Assembly (NCBI GenBank): GCA_003427395.1
Contig: BFEA01000036.1
Coordinates: 965,187-1,019,159 of the forward strand
Direction: 5' to 3'
Length of the DNA stretch: 53,973 nt
From: Chara braunii
Lineage: Eukaryota > Plantae > Charophyceae
Shown: piece by piece, positions 37,868-50,981 of the stretch
Layout: every line of letters begins with the position of its first letter
Numbering within the stretch: the first letter of the stretch is position 1
Notes under the pieces: generated by a model
What the model saw: only the letters and a program-made list of their open reading frames with translations
Databases searched by the model: none
What the model was told of the DNA's origin: nothing
Made by a program: the position numbers and the translations under genes

Positions 37868-38689
37868 CAGTGCTGAAAACCCGGTAGGACCGGGGGGTCC
37901 TCCCCCAACCGGAACCGGACCGGTCCTACCGGCCGGTCGACCGGGCCGGTTCCCCCCCAGTTGGCTGTGGCGCATCTTTTTTTTTTGTTTTTGTTTTTTT
38001 TTCGTTTTTTGAGCCCATGGTGTTGTTGAGGCCAAGGATTAGACCCACAGTGATTGCTGGCAGCGGCAGCCGGTGGTTGTCCTGACAGGATAGGCCAGCT
38101 TCCCTACCCTTCCCCACATTAATGCTCCCAGCGCACCCCCTATCCCTACTATCCTACCTCAGTGTCAGGACCATCGCCCTACCAGTATCGAGGGTAGTCA
38201 CCAGACAGCAGTGACAAGCACCCCCTAACACTATAACCCCCACCCTTCTTTTCAAAGTTTTTGGGTGGGAAGCACCGTCCCTACCCTGCCACTAAGGGAA
38301 CAAGGGCAACTTGGACGAAGCACCCCCTAACACTAAGGGAACAAAGGCAACTTGGACGAAGCACCCCCTAACACTAAGGGAACAAGGGCAACTTGGACGA
38401 AGCACCGTCCCTACCCTGCCACTCAGGACCATCACCCTACCAGTATCAAGGGCAACTTGGACGAAGCACCCCCTAACACTACAACCCCTACCCCTCTTTT
38501 CAAAGTTTTTGGGTGGGAAGTACCGTCCCTACCCTGCCACTAACACCCCCACCCCCCTCTTCAAAGTTCTTGGGCAGAACGTCAACGTTTGCAGAAAGCC
38601 AGGTACGTTGTTGTCAATGTCTGCTGAAGCCCGTGCTGAAACCCCACCACTAACACCTTCACCATAACCCCCCCAACCCCTGAAATACC

Positions 38690-38727
<38 letters not shown>

Positions 38728-38901
38728 ACCCCCCCCCCCCCCCCCACCCCCCCCCCCCCGCACCCGAGAAATTTCGGTTGGTTTTGTTCAACCTTTTTTT
38801 GAATTTTTTTTTTTTTTTTTTTTTTGACCCAGTTTTGGACCCAACCGGAATTCCGGTTGGACCACCGGGGGTGCAACCGGCCGGTTGCCGGCACAGCCAT
38901 G
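37868..38901. mobile_element. ~1.03-kb hAT-like non-autonomous element
   Basis: 8-bp TSD CTTCATAT (37860-67, 38902-09). Ends CAGTGCTG / CAGCCATG. ACCGG subterminal motifs and internal tandem repeats. Related sequence at ~31915-32015. Confidence 0.75.
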
Positions 38902-39117
38902 CTTCATATGGTGGTTTCTTTTACGAGATAAAAATGAATCGTATGAGAGGGATGGCTGTTTTCGTTTCTCGCACACTTACTTGAAATTAACGTATCTGAT
39001 TAATATACCTTTTTGTTGCCTTTCCTTTGTTATTTTGCATGTGGTCTTTCCGTCCTGCTGTGCTCCTCTCCTCCCCCCCCCCCCCCCCCCCCGCCTTCTT
39101 CGTCCATGGCCTCGCAG

Positions 39118-39318
39118 AGCGGAGATTCGCATTCAATTCCGGCATGTCCCAGGCAATTTGTACAAGAAGCTGTTTGCAACAGATCTGGATCTAGCAACCA
39201 ATGAGCTCGTCATTCGCGTACAGCCTGATGAAGCTATTTATCTGAAGATAAATAACAAAGTGCCCGGACTGGGACTGCGCTTGGACAAAAGCAACCTGAA
39301 CCTTCTGTATTCTGAGAG
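39118..39318 (+). CDS. G6PD: Plastidic G6PDH exon 9
   Basis: [15 protein letters not shown]...[39 protein letters not shown]; CAG/GTGAGT. Confidence 0.97.
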
Positions 39319-40510
39319 GTGAGTGAGGAATGCAATTATTATTATATTATATAAAATAAAAGTATAGTATAATATATTATATCCAACCGGCCTGCTGTCG
39401 TTTGCTTCTCTCTTTCGCCATTGTGCCATGAAGGCCCGTAAGTTTTTTTTACCAGTTTGGCTGATCCTACCCACCTTCTGAAAAGGTCGTTGTCGATTTA
39501 TGTTGGGTGGGGCGATTTGCTCGATATAGTTTATTTAAAGGATCAAGTACTGCCCATTCTATTTCGATGGGCGTGAACGTACATATGAAAATCAGTTCAG
39601 CGTGCAGGACCATGGGTGGGGACCTTTGAAGAAAGCGTAATAGCTCACTGGTCTAGCTTCATCGCGCCGAAAATGGATCGGGGCTCAAGTGGTTCACCGA
39701 AGCGACGAGACCAAACAAAATCAATGTTGCAAACGCCTCTCCAGGCACGCAGCAAGACATGCTGGACACGAAGTGCCATTGTTTGCCATTGATCTTCAGG
39801 GTCAGTAGCGGAATCCCCTGCGAGCAGGCGTTGTTTGTCGAAGGTGGGCTAATCAACCATTAACCACCTGATGAAGTGGGGCCTCCCAGCTTCCCAAGGT
39901 ATTTACTAATGTCTTTTTGTCTCCCTATGCCCTCTCTGAACCCCTATCTTCGTTCGTTCTCCAAACACATGCCGGTTCTTCAAAAGTACTTAAAAAACTA
40001 ATAAAAAGTGATTGATGGCTGTTGCGTGTGTAATCTGACCCGTCCTTTTGGCGATTAACGACTGTTACGTGTACACTGTACAGTGAGCACTCTAGTAGTG
40101 GAATCCATTTTGCAATGGGACACGACTTTCCGTCTTGTGTGTAAAAAATGATGATGTTGTGGTTATTTAAACTTACGTTATATATGCCTCATTTTCCTCT
40201 CTCCTCTTTTCCATCTTTTCCTTTGTTAGTTTGGTCCGGTCGTGTCGATTCTGTACCTCTTCCTTGCAAAGGGACAAAAAAGTTGAAAAAAGTTAAAAAA
40301 AGGTAAAAAAAGCTGATTTTTATTTATCTTTATTTGTCGTACTTTTTATGGATATCCGCAGGAATGCCTCCTTATCGTGCGTATGTCATTTGCATCAATT
40401 TTTCTGACAATGTTCTACGGTTCTACGTGTTTATAATGGGCCTCGCTACAGTACCACCACACTCTACTACATGAATTCGGACGCTTTCTGGACCAAGTGC
40501 ATTCATATTG

Positions 40511-40622
40511 CTGTGTTCACCTGTATAGTACAACATATACGGTCAGTATAGATGTATTTGGGGGCAACTTTTGAGTCTAGATACAGCAAGATTTACTGTA
40601 TGTTGTATTGAGGTGAACACAG
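40511..40622. mobile_element. Hairpin MITE, same family as 4360-4464
   Basis: CTGTGTTCACCT...TACAACATA / TATGTTGTATTGAGGTGAACACAG; shared core GTCTAGATACAGC. Confidence 0.6.
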
Positions 40623-41340
40623 TAGTCAATTATTTGGAATGTATTGGGTCCGGAAAACATCCAAATACATGCAGTAGAGGGTCACATGGTGGAGCGAGGG
40701 AGGCTCCCAACGAAGGTTACTCTGTGGCTCCAATCTCTCTCTTTTTATCGCCTCCTGTGCCTCATGGCAGGCTTTTGCTTCTGAAAGCAGAGGTGCAGGA
40801 GGCAGTTCATCTTTTTTGTAGCTTTCAAGGCATCAACAAGGCTTGATCATGACTGGAAATGGCATCGGCCGCCATTAAACTAGTACACAGCCTACGACCT
40901 ACTTCGTGCATAGCCCGCTTCAGAAACTGTAATTCATTGCAGGGGTCTATAGGTGTTGTTGGTATCTTTCAATACAGAAAACATTTCAAAAAAATGACCG
41001 TACGTTGTATTTGGGTGGAGAAGGTAGGTGGTGGCATGGGTAACCCCGTTCGGGTTCGGTTTGTTTGTGACTTTAGACGAGGCCGTGGGCACTGAACGCC
41101 CTGGAGGGGGTACGGCCAGAGACTGAGGGGGATACTCTATTCCGGGGCTGGGGTAGATGTGAGCGAATGCGTGCAACCTCAGTGTGGGGTCAGGGGTTGT
41201 CCGGTTTGTTGGTGGCTTTACACAAGGCTGTGGCGTTGCACGAGACGTTTCACGAGACGTTGCACGGGACAGATGGCTAGAATAATGAGTGAGTGAGTGA
41301 CTGACACTTGTGCCGCTGTTTTGCTGTGACACTGCTGCAG

Positions 41341-41587
41341 GTATAATAAAGAGATTCCGGACTCGTACGAGAGACTGATCCTGGATGCAATAGACGGCGA
41401 CAAGCGGTTGTTCATTCGGAACGACGAGCTGGAAGCAGCGTGGGGCATTTTCACCCCCGTGCTGAAGGCATTGGAAGAAAAAAGGGTTTCACCGGAGCTG
41501 TACCCGTATGGAAGTCGAGGGCCGATAGGTGCCTACTATTTAGCAGCCAAGTACAACGTTCGATGGGGTGATATGGGCGACAACTAG
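41341..41587 (+). CDS. G6PD: Plastidic G6PDH exon 10 (terminal; not covered in frame by the ORF track)
   Basis: [81 protein letters not shown]; CAG acceptor; TAG 41585-87. Confidence 0.97.
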
Positions 41588-41594
41588 TTTTGAC

Positions 41595-41763
41595 CATACT
41601 TGCAAGCGGACGCCGTACAGGCGGTTCCGCACGTGCGGCAGACCGCCGGACCGGACCCGCACGGTGCACGAACTGTCTCTTATACACATCTAGATGTGTA
41701 TAAGAGACAGCGGCAAAGCGGACCGGACCGGACGCTCGTCCGGTCCGTCTGCTGGCAAGTATG
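41595..41763. mobile_element. hAT-like MITE inserted at the G6PD stop codon (interior corrupted by adapter)
   Basis: Perfect TIR CATACTTGC / GCAAGTATG; 8-bp TSD GTTTTGAC at 41587-94 and 41764-71. Confidence 0.8.
41673..41710. other. Nextera mate-pair junction adapter (two head-to-head Tn5 mosaic ends), assembly artefact
   Basis: Exact CTGTCTCTTATACACATCT + AGATGTGTATAAGAGACAG. Confidence 0.98.
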
Positions 41764-42367
41764 GTTTTGACTCTTTTCAGTCCTTTTGACCTTGATGGCC
41801 ATCCCTCGATGTCTTGCTGCAAACGTCTTCACTAAGGAGATCGACCAGATGTGAGTGGTCCTTTCATGTGTTTTTTTTTTTTTTTCCACACCGATTTTTC
41901 TGTCGATCCTCGCCGTCAATAAGATTCCCCAACTTTGAAAGTGTGCTGGAGGCTTTATCCGTCTGTAACGGTACGTACGCGTTTCGTACGTGATTGGAGT
42001 TCCACTTTGTCGTCATTGTTCTTCCTGTCAGGAAAGTAGAATGTCAATGTAATCAGTTAACCAAATTAGAATTTTTCTTTTCTGTAGTAGGTGCAAATTA
42101 GATAGTGAGGATTACATATAACACCCACGTCTTCCTCCCACTTGCGGGATTGGATGTAGCTTTCAGGCCCCGTCTCCTTTTCGTTTTTTCAAAAAATTTA
42201 ATTTCCAACCAAGGGGTCACTTAAGTAGGACTCTCGCTGGATTAGATCCTTTCTACGATGATAGTACTCTATACTTTCACGGAGTTTTCCCTCTCAGATT
42301 TCTCCCACTGTATTGCATCCCCAATTTCTGTTCTTGGTTCACATTTGAGAGGAAAGGAACGTCTTTA

Positions 42368-42737
42368 ACTTCTGTTGTGCTTCTTCTTCTTCTTCTTCTT
42401 CTTCTTCTTCTTCTTCTTCTTCTTCTTCTTCTTCTTCTCCTCCTCCTGCTCCTCCTCCTCCTTCTCCTCCTCCTCCTCCTCCTCCTCCTCCTGGTGTAGA
42501 TTGATGGATGTGATAACTTCTGTTGTACTTCTTCTTCTTCTTCTTCTTTTTCTTCTTCTTCTTCTTCTTCTTCTTCTTCTTCTTCTTCTTCTTTTCTTCT
42601 CTTCTTCTTCTCCTCCTCCTCCTCCTGCTCCTCCTCCTCCGCCGCCTCCTCCTCCTCCTTCTCCTTCTCCTTCTCTTTCTCCTTCTCCTCCTCCTCCTCC
42701 TCCTCCTCCTTTTCCTGGTGTAGATTGATGGATGTGA
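42368..42737. repeat. Duplicated (CTT)n(CCT)n compound microsatellite
   Basis: Two units of AACTTCTGTTGT-(CTT)n-(CCT)n-GGTGTAGATTGATGGATGTGATA. Confidence 0.9.
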
Positions 42738-42945
42738 TATGTGAGAGAGTCAGAGGTGCAAGAAAAGGTAGAGGCTGTTTGGCATTTTCTCCCAGAGTTG
42801 TATTGGTGCATATGAAGTGATTTTTTGATTCCGAACCAACGTGTTCCATGCCATGCCATTGCCTCAAATATTTTTTTCAACTTTTTTTATGTTAAAGGGT
42901 GGGTGGTCCTTTGTTAAAACTTAAAAAGCATTTTACGTGGCCGGT

Positions 42946-42987
<42 letters not shown>

Positions 42988-44965
42988 NNNNNNNNNNNNN
43001 NNNNNNNNNNNNNNNNNNNNNNNNNNNNNNNNNNNNNNNNNNNNNNNNNNNNNNNNNNNNNNNNNNNNNNNNNNNNNNNNNNNNNNNNNNNNNNNNNNNN
43101 NNNNNNNNNNNNNNNNNNNNNNNNNNNNNNNNNNNNNNNNNNNNNNNNNNNNNNNNNNNNNNNNNNNNNNNNNNNNNNNNNNNNNNNNNNNNNNNNNNNN
43201 NNNNNNNNNNNNNNNNNNNNNNNNNNNNNNNNNNNNNNNNNNNNNNNNNNNNNNNNNNNNNNNNTTTTTTTTTTTTTTTTTTTTTTGGTATGTAGTGGAG
43301 TGAAGACAGTGGACTACCTCGCAGTTTTTCTGCCTGCTGCTAATGAATGGGTTCAAGTTTGGCTGCATTGAAAGAGGTGGTGAAGGTGTCAGTTGCCTTC
43401 TCCCACCGTTCAGAGTTTGCGTGCTCAGGAGGCAATTTTGCACCGCTGCTATTGAAATGGGATGGGTGCAGAATGGTTCCTATTTTGCTGCATGTCTGGC
43501 ACTCCGAGTAGAGTCCTATATCTCAGACTTTGTCTGTGGTGGAGGCAGAGCCACCACAGCCATTGAATGGGCCCGGGTGTTGTTGCATTGCAAGTGGGCA
43601 CGGCGTAACGTCAGGTTGTCCCCTCTTCCCCCCCCCCCCCCCCCCCCACCAAAAAAAAAAAAAAAAAAAAAGAGGTTCTTGGATACCTTATGAAGGCAGG
43701 CACCACTACGGAGTTCCGAGGTCATTGTTCCGCCAAGATGGTAGACATCTTGTTCTCTTCTTCAATGACCTCGGACAACTTTCTCACAGAATTCTTTGTT
43801 AAGAGTTCTCTTCTTCAATGAAACGTATGTTCCGCCAGTGAACATTTGCTTATGTCACTTTTTCTATAACCCATTTCACTCTCGAGTCTTGAATGTTTGG
43901 TCTGATTTTTGAGACATCGACCATCTTGTTGGTATGGTCGATTTTGACAGCCTCTTCTTATAAGGATTGTACTCCCTGATCATGAAGTTTGACCAGTAAT
44001 GATATCTGACTCTAAATAACTGAACCTGACTGTTCTCGCAGGGGCACGTTACCAGTCCCAGCCACGGGAGGCGTCTGGTACCTCGTTAGGATGGCGCACC
44101 CACCCACCCACGTTTTTGCCTCACAAAAGCCCTTTTCGTTTGCATGAGCTGGGACAAATTCAACCCCATTACAGGCCTTTTCGTTGCATGAACGGGGACC
44201 AATTCAATCCTGTGCGGGGTGTGACCCTCGGCCTTGCAATGTGTCCACCCTCCCCTTGTGTCCATTCTCCCCTTTTGCAGACCGACATGTTTTAGCAAGA
44301 GGATCTCAAGAAAAAGTAGTAGAAAATATAACTATAGGAAAGATAAAGAGGAAAAACCTGATTTCATTTTATGTACTTGTACCCAACTCACTCTTTATGT
44401 GGTTGTTTGAATCAATTAACTTGGATTCATATACAATGGATCAGCGACCTTGCATCAACTGTGAGGTGTAAACACACAGCAACCATTTCTGGGAACACTA
44501 GTCTCGGTACTAAATTTACTTCTGATACAAGGGACATCGAAATTACCTCACGACTCTCTGAGTGAATTGAGTTACGAAGCATCTACTGATACAAGGAATG
44601 TCGAATGCCTCACGGCTCTTTCAGCGAATTGAATCGCATACTGCCAAGATTAGCACTGGTATGTTTTCTTGCCAAATTGCCTGCTTGCCCGACTGACATG
44701 TGTTTCTTGCCATATGGGGTGCTCACCCTGCCGGAAAATAGATTCAAAAATTGTGAAAATTCAAAATTCAAAATTGGTCACCCAGCAAGCTAGCGGCAGA
44801 TTTCCAGAGTGAACTGGGGGCAGCCGAAGAGCGTAAAGAGTATTTTTACCATCACGAAAGAGGAAGGCTGGCGCAAGTCTGATAATGATTTAAAGGTTGA
44901 CGGCGGTCAACGTCCTCCTAACTTTATGAAAGTTGAAAGAAAGGCTGAGAATAAGGTTAGGGGTC

Positions 44966-47740
44966 AAGGCACTGGACGAGATAAGGTTCAACGGGACACG
45001 ATGAAGTTGAATTGAATCCAAGTTGCGATTGCCATTGTACGATGAAGTTGAATCTAAGTTGTGATCGCCATTACTTGTTCATCGGGTTTCAGGTTTTCTA
45101 TTTCAAGGCACTGGACGAGATAAGGTTCAACGGGACACGATGAAGTTGAATCTAACTTGCGATCGCTGTTACTTGTTCAAGGGAAACCAGGGCTAAGACG
45201 TGACGATGAAGCTTGCCTCTACTACTTCAATGCGGCTATTGCGCTACTAGTGTATACAGGGTGTTTTCCTTATATCGTGCATAAGATGGCACCTTTGTGG
45301 ATATCGAAAGGTCAACTCCCAGAGGTAGTCGTAAGAGAAGAGTGTGGGTATAATTTATATAATTTTATATTCATGCATAAGTTAATTATCAAACATTGAT
45401 GGCTGTTTTGTTATGTGAACCTCAATAAATTCAATTTCCATACCGTATAGATTTAGATGTTTTGAATTAAAGGCAACCAAGCGTCAGGTCGGGTGGCCGA
45501 TAAGTCACTAACCCCACCCCGGCGTTCGGGGGACGCGTGGATGAGCGCATACATAATGTGAGGAATTGAAGTTAAAGCACAAAACAAAAGAGTGAAATAG
45601 AGTTCGGAGATATGCGCCTTTGTGGATAGTGGATAGAAAGAGGTCAACTTTTAGAGGTAGTCGTAAGAGAAGAGTGCAGGTATAATTTATAGTCATGCAT
45701 ATGTGAGGAATTGAAGTTAAACTTGTTAAAAACACAAAAGTTGCAAAACAAAAGAGTGAAACAAAGTTGGGAGACGTGTCATATTGCTCGAAGGAGAAGC
45801 GTGGGACTTTGTCTCGACCATTGGGTGCGATTTGCAACAAGGGCGTCTTCAAAGGGAGTTGTGTATAAAATTGCCCATTTTGCTTAAAAGCAACTATGAA
45901 GAGGAGTAACAAGTGACCCTTTCGCGGATGTTCGGATATGTGTTTAGAGTCAAAAGGATCATTCAGTAGATATGTTTGTGATTATGCGTAGAAAATAATT
46001 TATATGTTTGTGATTATGCGTAGAAAATAATTATTCCCCATGTTGTACTAAATTACTTACAGAGTGTATGATGCACTCTAGGAATTCCCAAGGATAAAAA
46101 TTACAAAAGCTAAAAACATGAAAACATTGAAGTTAAAGCACAAAACAAAAGAGTGAAACAAAGTTCGGAGACAAGTCACATTGTTCAAAGGAGAAGCGTG
46201 GGATTTTGTATCGACCATTGGTTGCGATTTGCAACAAGGGTGTCTTCAAAGGAGGGAGTTGTGTATAAAATTTGCCCATTTTGTTTAAAAGCAACTTTCA
46301 AGAGGAGTAAACAAGTGACTCTCTTGTTGTGGTTAGAGTCGAAAGCTTCATTCAAGATGGCCTACGCAGAGTAGTAGCAGTTTGAAATCACCTTGCTAGC
46401 TAGAAAGGGAGATAGGTTTGTGATTACGCCTGAAAAAGATATGTTTGTAATTACGAATAAAAAAATGAGTTTTTCGCATGTTGTACTGAATTACTTATAG
46501 TGGTATGATACACTCTAGGAATTCTTAAGGATGGACACCCATTTTCCCATGTTGTACTAAATTATTCACAAAGGTATTATACACTCCAGGAATTCCTAAG
46601 GATAAACACCCATCCAAACAACTCCAATTACAAAAGGCAAGAACACACAAAAAAATTCTTGCAGCCACGAAGTCGGTGAGTAAAAAGCTAAGTGAGAAAC
46701 CCAAACAAAAATGTAAAACAGATGAAATAAAATATACACAGACTCAACAGATAAAACCACAGTAGTTCCTTTTGGTTGAGGAAAAGAAAAATGGAATGAT
46801 AGCGGCTTCGCCCCTCCTTAGACCCATTCATAATATTTGAGTTAAGGTGAATATTTGAAGAGAACCACGTGATCAAGTCATTTTCGTGCTTCATCGTCTT
46901 TTGGGGGAGCTCATGGCATAGGAGACTAGGAGTTCTGTTGCAGAACTATTAATTGGATGCGTAAAAGGAGTTCTCTTGCAGACCTATTAATTGGACGAGT
47001 AAAAGGAGTTCGCTTGCAGAACTATTAATTGGACGAGTAAAATAGTGCTTCACAGATTATGGAGGCGGCTGATATTAATTGGACGAGTAAAATATACGAG
47101 GAAATTGGAGAAATGACAACCTTGTGCGATGAGTCAGGCGAGCAAAGATGTCACGGGGTTCTTCAAGAGTAGAGTAGAGAGGCAAGCAACAAAGCACTTT
47201 GTTTTTTTGAAAATGATAAAAGACACTAAAGGTACAACGTCTCTGATCTTATTAAATTATATTAGAATAGAATGTTGGTCGACCGTATATTTGAACACAG
47301 AATAACAAAATATATTATTTTTCCTACATTGCAATTGCGAGTTGCAGAAACCGTACATGTGTGAACATGTGTGACAATTACGATGTGTATAGAGGCACCA
47401 TGCTAAATCAAGTTGGGGTTGTGGCGGCAGTTCGAGGTCACTCAGGTTTTGTGTGTGTTGCACACGAACAAGTTTTGTCAACATTTGAACGGCTTAAAAT
47501 GCCTTTGTCATTTTCTCCTCTATACTTTTCTCTGACCATACCTCGGAAAGATGGGTGCCTTGTTGAAATATATAAATGCGACATATTTGAATCGAAGCCT
47601 GTTGGGTGATAAATGTGACATATTCGAATTGAAACCTGTCGGGTTTCGTGACAACATCGAAATATGGATGTCGGGTGATAAATGTGACATATTTGAATCG
47701 AAACCTGTCGGGTTTCATGACAAAATTGAAATATGGATGA
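44966..47740. repeat. Zone of local duplications and short tandem repeats
   Basis: CAAGGCACTGGACGAGATAAGGTTCAACGGGACACGATGAAGTTGAAT twice (~44965, ~45105); ~200-bp duplication (~45745, ~46140); ACTATTAATTGGACGAGTAAAA four times (46945-47092); ~70-bp unit at 47570-47740. Confidence 0.75.
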
Positions 47741-48953
47741 AAAAATGGCTAAAGCTAAAAGGCGGGCTGAAAATTAGTGGGAGAAAGGACCTACTTGAGG
47801 GGTCACGTACTTATCAAGGGATATGAACTTCTATTATAGGGGTCAAGACTTTGGATGGATGGATGGGATGGAATTTCTGAGCACAAGTTGTCAGGATAAC
47901 CAAGGCTTTCGTAGATGGAAGTTGGGTTTGGCAAAAATTGAGATCATTCACGTCTCCCTGAGGTGTGTCACCCGCTCTAAAATGATCAAGTAAGATTTAT
48001 CAGTCCCTACCACGGCTCAGTGGAGACCTCGCAGGTACCATCATTACATTCCTACCATCATTTCATTCCTAACTTTAGTTGGAGAAATTTTGTATCAAAA
48101 TACGCTATCTATCCGTTTATCTATTTGTGCATTCGTACCGGGACTGTGTTACTTTCCGTCTACGTCACCACACACACAAGTATCCATGCGCATCATGGAG
48201 ATAGGCCGGGACCGACAACGTGACCAACCCTGTCGATCCCGCAACACTGCCAGGCAGGCACAATGATTCCATTGCCCATCATCGAGAGAGGCCTTGTCCA
48301 ACCCTGTTGGAATGGAGATCTTTCATCCATCCCCTGAACAAAAAGGAGATTGAAACAACCATGGGTAAACAGATGCATATCATTACTCATCTTGCCAATC
48401 TTCGTGCTAATTAACAATTCAGTATATAGCTTACATTCATATTGTCATTTCAGCTACTGTGTTGGTTAACGACCGTCCACTCTGACCCCCTACGGTTTTT
48501 AACGAGTCCTCTTAAGATAATCTCTTCGACTATTGTTGAAGTACTGGCAATATTTGCAGCACTGAACCCTCTTCTATGTATATTTTAATTCACCAAGTCC
48601 CACTAAACCTTATTGTACAAACCGTAAAGAAACCAAACCCCACTAGACATATTCGTACGAACCGAAAAGAAATTGACCCCCTACGGTGACCACTGATCAA
48701 GATTCAAGATAGAACATCAGTCCAACATCAGCAACTGTGACTTTGATGTGGACATATACCTTCCATTTGGGCCTTTTGTTTCTCTTCTTCTTTTTCCTGC
48801 TCCCTCTTCATCTAATCTTGTCGGTTGTGTATTCAGTAACTTTTCCTAGGAAAACGAGGCTCGGAAGGGCTAGTGGTTTGCCGCACACAACTTTAGACCT
48901 TAGCTACCGTGGTCGGTAAGCGCAGCCCCGGTAGCAGCTTGTCCCAATGGCTA

Positions 48954-49058
48954 CCCTATTTGCCCGAATAGAGCGCCCGATCAATATAGCTGTATTTGGC
49001 ACAATTTTCAACCCAAATACGACGATAATTACCCGACATTCTATTCCAGTGAAGACCG
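48954..49058. mobile_element. Diverged 105-bp hairpin MITE of the 4360 family
   Basis: Same length, TA on both sides, core ATAGCTGTATTTG...CCAAATAC. Confidence 0.5.
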
Positions 49059-49867
49059 TAGTCGCTACAAACCAGGTCCGCCTGATTGAGTCTGTTTAGT
49101 TTGAAATCAAACTCGCTTGGTGAAAATGTCAGTAGTCAACACGAAAAACTTAAAATTTGTCCCTACGTGTTATCAGTTCAAGTCCGATACACTTGGTGAA
49201 AATGACAAACACAACAGACTAAAACACTTTGTCAGTTCGAGCGAGTCGTCCCACTTAGAAACCCCACCCAGAAAGCTTCAGGAGAAAAGTATCATTGGCC
49301 TTACTCGACGTCAGTAACAGAGAAAACGAAAGCAAAGAGAAAGAAGGGTAATTTGAAAAATACCCCTTGATGTTTGCAAAAACGCCCCTGAAAGATATGG
49401 GCATAGTGGAAAACCCATCTGACACAAAAACAATGTTTTCCAAAATACCCCTGGTGTCGGTTGGACCTGTCATGTACCATCTTTGCAAAATACCCCTACC
49501 AAGTACTGTCAATCTTTGTAAAATGTCTCCGTAAGATCAGAATCACCATCAAGAAAAAAAAGATATAATGATGTAGGATAGGGGTCAGTGCAGAACGCCT
49601 AGAGTATTGATTTCCTGACCTTGCACTGTGCTCAGCAGACGCTTCGCGTCTGATTTGATGCCAGATAAGAGAATCGTAGATATCTGGAAAACGGTTAGAG
49701 GTGTGTCTTGTCTAGGCTGAGCACTTTGTGCCTTCTACGACCTTAGTGAGCAATAGAACAAAATCATCTGGTGACGTAAAATTTCTGTTCTGCCGAACGA
49801 AGGCATTGCCTTCATATTTGTTTGGTTTTTGGAGATCCGCCAGCTCTACGCCTCTTTCTTATTTACA

Positions 49868-50140
49868 AAGCCCTTGTAAATGAACAAAACCAGGTGCTCG
49901 AATTTTACAGTGATAAGGACGATTGGTTCCATTGCTAACTAAGTATACACCAAATTCTCCTTTGGGTGCTTCTACACAGGTGTACGTAGAAGAAGTTGGT
50001 ACAGACACACCCTCCATGTAAAGCTTAAAGTGATGAATTAAGGATTTCATGGATTGTTTCATTTGAGAGCGTGAAGGAGGACAAAGTTTACGATCATCCG
50101 CTTTGATCATGCCACTAGGCATTTGATTCAAGCATTGGAC
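49868..50140 (-). pseudogene. nad7: Mitochondrial nad7 fragment (NUMT)
   Basis: [41 protein letters not shown]...[36 protein letters not shown]. Truncated at both ends; AT-rich codons. Confidence 0.92.
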
Positions 50141-50888
50141 AGTGTTGGATATGCTCTTACGTTCTTGCGAACGCCTCTACTATGTAACATTACGTTACAT
50201 CAATTGGACAAATACATATATGAGACCTTAAAGGAGCAATACGACAAGCACGAAGTGGCAGACGCAAACCTTATGTTTTTTTTTGTCAAACGTTGTCTCC
50301 ACAAGGCGCCTTCAAGAATCCACTGAAGAGCTAAGGTTTCTTGACGACTCTTTGGTATAATGGATGAGACTAATTGGGTGGTTCCGGAGATTCTGACTTT
50401 TCTTGCTTCTAAAACAGGTTATACAGGTAGGTCATGTGCTATCATGAAGGGTCAAAGAGAAAGCACTTGGTAGAAACAAAGTGAAGCGATGCTTGAAAAA
50501 ATAGAAAAAAGTATCATTGTAGTGATTAATCTTTCTCTAACTAGCGAGCCTACAACCCTGATATGGTGCTCGTATTTTTCTCTGTCTAGAACCCTATACC
50601 CCTATAATTATAAACATAGGGATTAGCTTGGCTAGCCTACCTCTTTCCTTGGTGTCGATAGACGCGCGTTAGCGGAATTTCCCAGTTTCGAAATTGGATA
50701 TTATATTTCAATGTCTCTTCTTGCGTGGACTAACGAAAGTCAGGCCTTTGGCTTCACCCACTTCGTGTCCTGAGGTTGCCTGGAAGTCCACGGGGGAAGC
50801 TGGTCACTTGATCCAGGTCGTATCACCCTTTTTCACAGAGGCTCCCACACAAAACGATTGCAACGAAAAATTGACTTTCAACGTAACA

Positions 50889-50981
50889 CTTCAAACTCAT
50901 GGACTTCATTTTTTGAGTTTTTTATTACCTCAAGGTGTACCTTTGCCACTAACACCTTTTTTAGTACTTCTTGAACCAATT
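50889..50981 (+). pseudogene. atp6: Mitochondrial atp6 fragment (NUMT)
   Basis: LQTHGLHFLSFLLPQGVPLPLTPFLVLLEPI matches the conserved atp6 HFFSFLLPxGVPLPLAPFLVLLE segment. Confidence 0.85.

Noticed and set aside
39635-39700. tRNA-like start TAGCTCACTGGTCTAGC (and GGTCGGGTGGCCGA at ~45487)
   Set aside because: No B box at correct spacing and no cloverleaf.
39868-39900. CTGATGA motif as a further hammerhead (also ~9114, ~22697)
   Set aside because: No stem II followed by GAAA.
41673-41710. Tn5 transposon ends suggesting bacterial horizontal transfer
   Set aside because: Exact Nextera mate-pair junction adapter; no transposase nearby.
46937-47095. Regularly spaced repeats resembling a CRISPR array (also 27712-28060, 36560-36965)
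   Set aside because: Intervening sequences are near-identical rather than unique spacers, there are no cas genes, and the context is eukaryotic.
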